Assembly: GCA_951813545.1 (NCBI GenBank)
Contig: CATOTL010000002.1
Span: 5,185-69,184, forward strand
Source of the DNA: an uncultured Poribacteria bacterium
GTDB lineage: Bacteria > Poribacteria > WGA-4E > WGA-3G
Direction: 5' to 3'
Length of the DNA: 64,000 bases
Position numbers and translations under genes: made by a program. Positions 7,932 through 14,418 of this stretch are shown here, piece after piece; the first letter of the stretch is position 1; the number at the start of each line of letters is the position of its first letter. The notes under the pieces are model-generated. The model ran no database searches. It saw only the letters and a program-made list of their open reading frames with translations, and was not told where the DNA came from.

Positions 7932-8915
7932 TTAAAGATTGAATCCCGTCTGTTCTGCAATCCCATTCCTGAGAAATTCAAACATACCGGGGTCATTATC
8001 CAATGCCTTCTCAATCGCTTGTCGTCGGGACTTCGGGCTGCGTATATTCATGATGCGCGAGGCTTCAGCTTCGCGTGTGGCATCATCGCTATCATTCGTT
8101 GGCGTATAGGTAGAATTCGGGACTCCGGGATGTCCCACCGCCGCGGCTGAACGTCTGCGTTGTCTTTCCTCTTTGAGGGTTTCTCGCGCCTCTCGTGGCA
8201 GTGATGCCATCTCAAAGGCTTGTGCGAACGCGACGACATTGCCTAAATCAAACGCTTCTATCATCGTTTGTGCAGCGTCCCTGTTAACACCAAACTGGTC
8301 CTGTAGTGCAGCTACGTCGTTTTCATAAGTCTGTTCTTCTTCAAAAGTATCGAACCGTTGTTTTACGTCATCGACGTTGCTCATATATTTAGAGACAACG
8401 TTACGTAACATCTGTACTTCTGTAAGATCAGCGTCACCAGCGTCTCCGTTAGGATCGCTCCCGCCAAATGGGTCAGACGAGCGTCCTGTGTTTTCACCCG
8501 CAAGGAGACTTGCGACTTGCGATTTAAGAATGCTTACTTCATTCTGAAGGCTCGAATTCGTTTCGGTGAGTGATTTATTCTCGTTGCCTTTCTCCGTAAT
8601 TTTACGTTGGGCATCTTGCCTACGTTTTCTTTCGGTAGCAAGGCTTTGTTGGAGTTTCTCCCACTCGTTGTTATCTTCAGAATCAGCATTAGAACGTGAT
8701 GAATCACGATTAGAGAGTTCTTCTGCGGAGGAATCCGAACCATTCCTTGTATTTTCGTTGCCAGTGGATTCCTGTTTCCCGCTATCAGAGGTCTGAGCGT
8801 TTTCATCATCGGATGCAGAATCGTCCGCAGTGTCAGGAGTTCTATCATCGGGGGGTGTACCGAAATCAGAGTCTGACGGTCTGCGTGTCCGAGCTCCGCG
8901 TCTACGATTGTTCAT
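7932..8915 (-). CDS. Scaffolding protein candidate
   Basis: 327 aa, highly acidic and S/D/E/Q/R-rich with coiled-coil segments, directly upstream of the capsid candidate. Confidence 0.5.
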   Translation of the reverse strand: MNNRRRGARTRRPSDSDFGTPPDDRTPDTADDSASDDENAQTSDSGKQESTGNENTRNGSDSSAEELSNRDSSRSNADSEDNNEWEKLQQSLATERKRRQDAQRKITEKGNENKSLTETNSSLQNEVSILKSQVASLLAGENTGRSSDPFGGSDPNGDAGDADLTEVQMLRNVVSKYMSNVDDVKQRFDTFEEEQTYENDVAALQDQFGVNRDAAQTMIEAFDLGNVVAFAQAFEMASLPREARETLKEERQRRRSAAAVGHPGVPNSTYTPTNDSDDATREAEASRIMNIRSPKSRRQAIEKALDNDPGMFEFLRNGIAEQTGFNL

Positions 8916-8990
8916 GAGTTTCTCCTATATTGAATTGAGATTAATACAATAATAACAAAATTCACAAAAAAATTACAAGTCTTTTTTTTC

Positions 8991-9037
8991 AAAAAAAAAA
9001 TGCCCCCACAAAATTGTGAAGGCATTTTCCCAAAACT
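8991..9037 (-). terminator. Intrinsic terminator (bidirectional shape)
   Basis: Minus strand reads ATGCCTTCACAA tt TTGTGGGGGCAT followed by T10. An A-run on the other side suggests bidirectional function. Confidence 0.6.
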
Positions 9038-9040
9038 TTT

Positions 9041-9859
9041 CTAACTTTTCCGTCTAAAAAGACGTTTGATGCGTTCCCAAAACGACACTGTTTCCGGTGG
9101 CATCTCGGATGAATTATCCTCGTCCAAACATAACAGTCTACCAAATGCCACGTCGAAATCATTTAAGCTATAGAGCTTACTCGAATCCAACGCCAACCCT
9201 TTGCAAAGCAATTGGAAATACTCGTTTTGCGTCCGGCGTGCATAGTTATACCGTGCAAAAATGTTTTCAAGACGCAATCCAATTCGCAAGTGAGCATCCT
9301 GCTCATCTTCAAGTATAGCAAACAGTTTTTCAAACTCACTTGTAAAATGTTTCTCATCATAAACTTCATTGTTTCTCAACCCGAGCTCATGGCACAGAAA
9401 ATCGTAGGCTGGACGGTATTTGTCGCGTTCGGTTTTGATTTCCTCAAATTCAAGTCGAAGCGCAACAACCACAGCGACTTCCTGCTCGTATGCCTCTATT
9501 TTCTCACGCAACAATTTTTCGGCTTCTTCTGCTCGTTCCTGAAATACTCGCATGCCTCCGCTATACAGCTCAAATTTTTCATCAAAAAGCCGTTCCCATT
9601 TCTCACTGTCTCGCTTATGCAGTTCTACTGTATTATCAGCAGTCTTTATCTTCTCGCGAAGCGATGTATTCACCCTATTAAGATTAGCTATACGAGTTTC
9701 ATAATCGAGGACTTGATCGGCTAAATTAACATCTATCTTCTCAAGCGCGAAGCGAAATAACTGTGGCAACGTTTTCACCCCAACTTTTCCTAACTGGTAT
9801 TGTGCCGCGTTCATCTCTGAACGATTGAGGTATACCCGACAACTGAATTCACGTTTCAC
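9041..9859 (-). CDS. Hypothetical coiled-coil protein
   Basis: 272-aa ORF, heptad-rich E/K/L composition. Confidence 0.6.
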   Translation of the reverse strand: MKREFSCRVYLNRSEMNAAQYQLGKVGVKTLPQLFRFALEKIDVNLADQVLDYETRIANLNRVNTSLREKIKTADNTVELHKRDSEKWERLFDEKFELYSGGMRVFQERAEEAEKLLREKIEAYEQEVAVVVALRLEFEEIKTERDKYRPAYDFLCHELGLRNNEVYDEKHFTSEFEKLFAILEDEQDAHLRIGLRLENIFARYNYARRTQNEYFQLLCKGLALDSSKLYSLNDFDVAFGRLLCLDEDNSSEMPPETVSFWERIKRLFRRKS

Positions 9860-9868
9860 GATACCCTC

Positions 9869-10180
9869 CTATAAACCGGGATGTGAGATTTCGTAGTCCT
9901 CCAATAAATCAATCACCACAGTCCCGATTTTGACGATGAGGGCGCATTCCTTACACGGAAGCGTTTCAACGTCATAATGGATTTTCTTCGAGCGTACAAA
10001 CTTACGCTTAATCTCGACGGTTGTACCTTCCGGGACAGTCCCGAAATTTCGTTTGATGGGGACGAGGGTGACGCAGAGGTCACCTTCGTCGAAATCCGGG
10101 GGCGGTGCTTCTTCGACAACTTCTTCAACTTCTTCAACTTCGTCATCAACGATGTAGCGATTCCTGTCAGCTGCGTTCAT
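9869..10180 (-). CDS. Hypothetical protein (acidic N-terminus)
   Basis: 103-aa ORF in the operon. Confidence 0.5.
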   Translation of the reverse strand: MNAADRNRYIVDDEVEEVEEVVEEAPPPDFDEGDLCVTLVPIKRNFGTVPEGTTVEIKRKFVRSKKIHYDVETLPCKECALIVKIGTVVIDLLEDYEISHPGL

Positions 10181-10520
10181 TTCGTTTCACCTCCCCCTTG
10201 AATTCACCATCGACTGTCCTTTTGAAAGGTTCGCCGAACCGAATGGACGGCAATACACGTTCACTGACAGTGATAGATTCACCGGTTTGCGGGTTGCGTG
10301 CCGGGTATTCCGGTGAATAGCGTGCAGAGAACGTTGCAAAACCTTTGATTTGCACTGGGTGGTTCGCCGCAACATTCTCAATAACAGTTGTATTGTACAC
10401 GTTGATAACCTTCTTGACAACATTGAGAGGAACATCTAAATTATCAGCAATACTCTCACATATATGAGATTTCGTGATAGTTTCCCCTTTCGCTTCGACG
10501 ACTTCTTTCAACTTGCTCAC
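10167..10520 (-). CDS. HU/IHF-family DNA-binding protein
   Basis: Sequence ARNPQTGESITVSERVLPSIRFGEPFKRTV matches the HU/IHF beta-arm signature. The GTG at 10520 has AAGGAG 8 nt upstream (track start is 10544). Confidence 0.8.
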   Translation of the reverse strand: MSKLKEVVEAKGETITKSHICESIADNLDVPLNVVKKVINVYNTTVIENVAANHPVQIKGFATFSARYSPEYPARNPQTGESITVSERVLPSIRFGEPFKRTVDGEFKGEVKRNERS

Positions 10521-10645
10521 GTGTTCATCTCCTTTTAACAGCAAAGTAAGCTTCTATTTTCACTTCACCGTCTTTATCAGACTTCGGGCTTATAAAGAAT
10601 CTGCTTAATTTCACCATACCTCCGTAGGTATAGTGTCTATATCTA

Positions 10646-10674
10646 TATTATACAACAACTACAAAAAAGTAACA
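10646..10674 (-). promoter_or_regulatory. sigma70-type promoter TTGTTA-17nt-TATAAT
   Basis: Read on the reverse complement, upstream of the HU gene. Confidence 0.45.
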
Positions 10675-10677
10675 ACA

Positions 10678-11181
10678 TTAATTTTCATCTATGGGTAATT
10701 CACCGGTTTCTCGCCAGTGTTGTAGAAAATTCGACACGCTTTGTGATGTCTCAATATCCGGGGGTTTTGACAATGCGCGCTGTTCTTCGCGTTCTTGCTT
10801 GAATTTGGCTTGTTTCTCAGCGCGCTGTTCTTGTTCTATATCCCACGCATCTTCAGGATTAGAAATTTCAGGCAAGGGTAAAGGGTTTCCCAACAGGAAT
10901 CTATCCGCGTGTTTGAAAGCCCGCATGCCGATAGACGATTCCTTCACGTAGCAGTTTGGGTGTTTCGCGCCTAAGCGGTACATGACGCGGAGCGCGAGTA
11001 TGACGGCTTCCCTAATTTTTTCGGGTGTCGCGTCCTCGTGAAAGAACCGCAAATCCTCTTGTAGACTATTCACCATCGACGAAAACTGACGTTCCAAGCC
11101 TTTCACGTGCGAGGGGCCGATGCGGTGTCCGAAAAACGCTTCATAGAAAGGCAGCTGCTGTTGAAATTTGTCTCTGTTCAC
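10678..11181 (-). CDS. Hypothetical protein
   Basis: 167-aa ORF, GTG start with AGGAG upstream. Confidence 0.6.
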   Translation of the reverse strand: MNRDKFQQQLPFYEAFFGHRIGPSHVKGLERQFSSMVNSLQEDLRFFHEDATPEKIREAVILALRVMYRLGAKHPNCYVKESSIGMRAFKHADRFLLGNPLPLPEISNPEDAWDIEQEQRAEKQAKFKQEREEQRALSKPPDIETSQSVSNFLQHWRETGELPIDEN

Positions 11182-11206
11182 AATAAATCTCCTATCGTAA
11201 GTTGTT

Positions 11207-11230
11207 GGGATTGTTAGACAATGCCCTTCA
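11207..11230 (-). repeat. Conserved 24-nt intergenic hairpin element, copy 1
   Basis: GGGATTGTTAGACAATGCCCTTCA matches 13271-13294 at 23 of 24 positions and overlaps a stop codon. Confidence 0.6.
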
Positions 11231-11692
11231 TTCTTGCACTCCCAACGTCAACCGCCGACATTCGACACTAACGGTATTCTTACAACAACCGATAGGGTGT
11301 TTCTCATAATTCTGTGGAAACTTACACGTCGCGAAATGCCCACCGGTGTACTTCTTATCGAAGGGACAAAAGGGGTTGAAGTTGAAGTTTTTGTCAAGCA
11401 ATCGCGGCATACCTTTAGCCTCCTCTATCAGTTGCCAGCCGATATTTGTGCGTCGGTATTTATGCGTAAATTCATTGTATTTCCACGCGTAAAAAAACTT
11501 TGGAAAAAACCAGATACAGACTGTATCCGGGTGTACAATCTCATCTACATAAAACAACGCAGTTTCATGTCCTGCTGTCCACGCAATACACTGGTAATGT
11601 ACAATAGGTGATGCACCTATATCACTTTTCTTCTCAATCCCAATAATGTCTCTATATCTCATGTCTCTATATCTCATGTCTCTATATCTCAT
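11228..11692 (-). CDS. Hypothetical Cys/His-rich protein
   Basis: 154-aa ORF. The N-terminus is MRYRD x3, encoded by a 15-bp tandem repeat. Confidence 0.55.
   Translation of the reverse strand: MRYRDMRYRDMRYRDIIGIEKKSDIGASPIVHYQCIAWTAGHETALFYVDEIVHPDTVCIWFFPKFFYAWKYNEFTHKYRRTNIGWQLIEEAKGMPRLLDKNFNFNPFCPFDKKYTGGHFATCKFPQNYEKHPIGCCKNTVSVECRRLTLGVQE
11646..11690. repeat. Perfect 15-bp tandem repeat x3 (ATGTCTCTATATCTC)
   Basis: Read directly. Each unit carries an in-frame ATG on the minus strand. The first unit also holds the TAG stop of the upstream gene. Confidence 0.95.
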
Positions 11693-12148
11693 GGTAACCT
11701 TCCTTTATTTCTACATCTTCTGAACGTAAATAGTACCTTCCACGGACCTTACTTGTAACCAACTTACCCCACTTATTTGTGTATCTCGTCACTGTTATAG
11801 GAAAATGCTTTTGACTCTTAATCGTAAGACACTGCCTTTCTTTAAAAATTGGAGCGTCATTGTCTCTAAATACAACAACAACACGGGTCAATTTTCTAAC
11901 GACACACAACTCATTACAATCCGAGTATTCCACTTCACCTGTAAACTTTTTCACAGTAACCTCCGTCTGACTACAGTTTTCAAACCCTTCAAAACACGCA
12001 CAGTCCACGTCCCACAGTCGCGACACACTATATTTTCTACAATCTTCTTTTCAGCATTCGGTTCGATTTTCGCATTATCGTAGAAATTGTGCAAATGGTC
12101 TACCCAGTCATTGCATCGGGGACAATAAAATTTCGGATAGTTCTTCAC
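11682..12148 (-). pseudogene. Frameshifted paralog of the 12229..12687 zinc-ribbon gene
   Basis: ORFs 11951..12205 (N-terminal KNYPKFYCPRCNDW..CGTW) and 11682..12026 (C-terminal VKKFTGEV..DAPIFK..CLTIKSQ..NKWG..RGRYYL) together align with the intact neighbour but lie in different frames. Confidence 0.55.
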
Positions 12149-12228
12149 AGAAAGCACCCTCCTCCATGTTTTTCCTATGTAAAGCAACTGCCACCGCCAC
12201 CACAAAATAAATCAAGTGCTAACACGGT

Positions 12229-12687
12229 TCATCCTTCCTCTATTTCTACATCTTCTAAATACAGATAGTACCTTCCCCGGACCCTTTCTGTAATCAGCAT
12301 TCCCCATTTATTCGTGTGTGTGCTATATGTGGGTGGAAAATGCGCTTGACTCTTAATCGTGAGACACTGCCCTATTTTAAAAATCGGAGCGTCCCTGTTT
12401 TTATAGTAAACATAAACACGCGTCAAATTTTTAGCGACGACTAAGTTATCAGGTTCCGAGCATACCACTTCACCTGTAAACTTTTTCACGGTAGCCTCCG
12501 TTATTTCTACATCTTCTGGATACAGACGTGTGACTACATTTTTCCAACCCTTCGAAACACGCTCAGTCCACGTCCCACACTCACAACACAATGTATTTTC
12601 TACAATCTTCCTATTATTGTAGAAATCGTAAAAATGGTGTACCCAGTCATTGCATCGGGGACAATAAAATTTCGGATAATTCTTCAC
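12229..12687 (-). CDS. Hypothetical zinc-ribbon protein (intact paralog)
   Basis: CPRC...CCEC motif. The GTG at 12687 has AAGGAGG 9 nt upstream (track start is 12696). Confidence 0.65.
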   Translation of the reverse strand: MKNYPKFYCPRCNDWVHHFYDFYNNRKIVENTLCCECGTWTERVSKGWKNVVTRLYPEDVEITEATVKKFTGEVVCSEPDNLVVAKNLTRVYVYYKNRDAPIFKIGQCLTIKSQAHFPPTYSTHTNKWGMLITERVRGRYYLYLEDVEIEEG

Positions 12688-12790
12688 AGGAAGCACCCTC
12701 CTTTACTTATTTTCCTCTCGCCATCGTTTCCATCGTCTTTTTTGTCCTTGTGTTCTTCTGCGGACATTCGCTTTTTCTTTGTGATGCACT

Positions 12791-12810
12791 CCCACAGCTA
12801 AAGCAGTGGG
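12791..12810 (+). repeat. CTAAAG-loop hairpin, copy 3
   Basis: CCCACAGC TAAA GCAGTGGG, flanked by GTGATGCAC on the 5' side and CTTC on the 3' side. Confidence 0.6.
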
Positions 12811-13131
12811 CTTCTTGAAGAAGGTCCGCTTCCCAGCAAGCATACGGACAGCGTTTTGCCTCTCATCTGGAGGCTCCAACGGTATAAGTTCCGCAATGGT
12901 AACCCAAACACCGAAGTTACGTGACTTATGCAAGGAGTCACGGCACGCACCACAAATGCGACTACAGGGAACAGATTAGCTTGGGTAGCTCCCTGATACG
13001 TAACCCGAATCAGTTTCGGCATTACTTTGATTGTTTTACATTCCTGCACCGTCAAAGTTCGCTTATAGCACCTTGACGGAAGTTAAAAAGCGGAATAACC
13101 CATAACCTAATCCCATTATGCTTTTAGGGAG

Positions 13132-13171
13132 GGCGAGAGACGTGACAAGCGTCACGAAGCATATTCTCGCC
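13132..13171 (-). promoter_or_regulatory. Promoter-proximal bipartite leader hairpin
   Basis: Minus-strand RNA GGCGAGA atatgctt CGTGAC gctt GTCACG TCTCGCC, starting about +10. Confidence 0.5.
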
Positions 13172-13186
13172 ACAGGTTATGAGTAT

Positions 13187-13216
13187 ATTATATCACAATC
13201 CTTTATCTTGTGTCAA
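13187..13216 (-). promoter_or_regulatory. sigma70-type promoter TTGACA-18nt-TATAAT
   Basis: Read on the reverse complement. Confidence 0.6.
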
Positions 13217-13270
13217 CTCTTTTTTGACTCCAGCACGAGTTAGCTGGGTTGGACCCAAACCTGAAGGATT

Positions 13271-13294
13271 GGGATTGTTAGACAAGGCCCTTCA
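13271..13294 (-). repeat. Conserved 24-nt intergenic hairpin element, copy 2
   Basis: GGGATTGTTAGACAAGGCCCTTCA, 14 nt past the stop of 13308..13631. Confidence 0.6.
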
Positions 13295-13307
13295 CGTTAT
13301 TTCTCCT

Positions 13308-13631
13308 TTATTGTCGTGGGTCAGACAAAAATTTAACAAAAAACAGATTCCCACGTTTTTTGTTCTTAATTTTTACACGCTTGATAAAAAACTCTGATTC
13401 GAGATCACTAAACAATTCATACACCATAGATTTTTTATATGGCAATACCTTAATAACCGCTGGCATAAACATGTTTTTGGTGACAATCGGTGTCTTTTCC
13501 CAATTTTTCACTTGTAGCCAGAGATAATTAAATAGATAGACATGGTGCGCAGTGATTGGTGATGATTTATCAACAACACATCGCAATAATCTAAAAGGTG
13601 TAATCGCATAACCAGCGTATAATGTATTCAA
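13308..13631 (-). CDS. Hypothetical protein
   Basis: 107-aa ORF downstream of a promoter and leader hairpin. Confidence 0.5.
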   Translation of the reverse strand: MNTLYAGYAITPFRLLRCVVDKSSPITAHHVYLFNYLWLQVKNWEKTPIVTKNMFMPAVIKVLPYKKSMVYELFSDLESEFFIKRVKIKNKKRGNLFFVKFLSDPRQ

Positions 13632-13676
13632 TAATAGATCCTCGCGTTATCGCATTATAACCTTTCCTACAGGTTT

Positions 13677-13719
13677 GGTAGACACCTCCCTATGGAGAAG
13701 GGAGGTTAGGAAGTCTACC
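13677..13719 (-). promoter_or_regulatory. Promoter-proximal bipartite leader hairpin
   Basis: Minus-strand RNA GGTAGAC ttcctaa CCTCCCT tctccat AGGGAGG t GTCTACC, starting about +10. Confidence 0.5.
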
Positions 13720-13734
13720 AACGCGATTACCTAT

Positions 13735-13763
13735 AGTATACCACGAATAAAAACAAATGTCAA
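13735..13763 (-). promoter_or_regulatory. sigma70-type promoter TTGACA-17nt-TATACT
   Basis: Read on the reverse complement. Confidence 0.65.
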
Positions 13764-13778
13764 GTTAAAAATAAAAAA

Positions 13779-13822
13779 ATAAGTCCATGTGTATGGAATA
13801 ATAAGTCCATGTGTATGGAATA
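13779..13822. repeat. Perfect 22-bp tandem repeat x2 (ATAAGTCCATGTGTATGGAATA)
   Basis: Read directly. A third, palindromic version lies at 13884-13907. The repeats sit about 40-90 bp upstream of the 13735-13763 promoter start. Confidence 0.9.
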
Positions 13823-13877
13823 ATAAACGCCTAAAAAACCGCCTTGAACCCTTACCACAACTAACTTAGACGCAATT

Positions 13878-13912
13878 TTAAAAATAAGTCCATGTGTATG
13901 GACTTATTTTAG
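13878..13912. terminator. Bidirectional intrinsic terminator (palindrome of the 22-bp repeat core)
   Basis: ATAAGTCCAT gtgt ATGGACTTAT, flanked by A-run and T-run on both sides. Confidence 0.6.
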
Positions 13913-14016
13913 GGTGTTTTTGTGATGTTCAGCCCAGTGGTTATCAGTGTTTAGAGCGTTTCACTTTTGCGCCCGTTACATATATAAGAGACAAAGTAAG
14001 AGTACACAGTAAGAGG
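13878..14016 (-). ncRNA. Candidate ~135-nt sRNA unit (promoter to terminator)
   Basis: Lies between the 14023-14051 promoter and the 13884-13907 terminator. No plausible ORF. Confidence 0.35.
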
Positions 14017-14022
14017 TATCTG

Positions 14023-14051
14023 ATAATAACAACGTTTTTGGGGAATGTCAA
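14023..14051 (-). promoter_or_regulatory. sigma70-type promoter TTGACA-17nt-TATTAT
   Basis: Read on the reverse complement. Confidence 0.6.
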
Positions 14052-14132
14052 GCGTTTTAGGAAGGTGTTGTTGTTGATGTCGCGGTTGTAAAATTTTAAA
14101 TTTAAAATTCTACATCATCAACATCATCATCA

Positions 14133-14221
14133 ACTTAAAACAAAGAGACGTACAAGGTGATGGAACTTGCACGCCTCTTTGCCGAAGGTTACCGTGTACG
14201 ATTTTTCAGTTTTCCTCAATT
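14133..14221 (-). ncRNA. Candidate ~85-nt sRNA unit (promoter to terminator)
   Basis: Lies between the 14228-14256 promoter and the 14137-14180 terminator. No ATG. Confidence 0.35.
14137..14180 (-). terminator. Intrinsic terminator
   Basis: Minus-strand RNA AGAGGCGTGCAAG ttccatcac CTTGTACGTCTCT followed by TTGTTTT. Two G-U pairs make it minus-strand specific. Confidence 0.55.
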
Positions 14222-14227
14222 ACATAT

Positions 14228-14256
14228 AGGATACCACTTTCAATGTTTTCTGTCAA
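14228..14256 (-). promoter_or_regulatory. sigma70-type promoter TTGACA-17nt-TATCCT
   Basis: Read on the reverse complement. It overlaps the stop of the small ORF 14253..14408. Confidence 0.5.
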
Positions 14257-14408
14257 GAACTATCATCATCTGATTTTTTCATTTCTATATCCCTCACCTT
14301 GATGCCAACATTGAAACCCCACCACGCAATCCGCATGAAAAACTTATGCCATCTGACTCGCCATCGGTGTGGTATACGTAAAGTGTTTCTCCAAATATAG
14401 TCTTTCAT
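14253..14408 (-). CDS. Small basic/aromatic protein (51 aa), not in the ORF track
   Basis: Hand translation gives MKDYIWRNTLRIPHRWRVRWHKFFMRIAWWGFNVGIKVRDIEMKKSDDDSS. GGAG lies 5 nt upstream, and the ORF starts 10 nt after the portal stop. Confidence 0.4.
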   Translation of the reverse strand: MKDYIWRNTLRIPHRWRVRWHKFFMRIAWWGFNVGIKVRDIEMKKSDDDSS

Positions 14409-14418
14409 AAAAACTCCT

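Noticed and set aside
12703-13055. Minus-strand ORFs 12703..12933 and 12798..13055.
   Set aside because: They overlap each other inside a promoter-proximal structured leader. They have no SD sequence and have biased composition. I treat the region as non-coding but flag it under findings.
13779-13907. Possible CRISPR-like repeats.
   Set aside because: There are only two directly abutting 22-bp units with no spacers, plus one palindromic variant. No cas genes are present.
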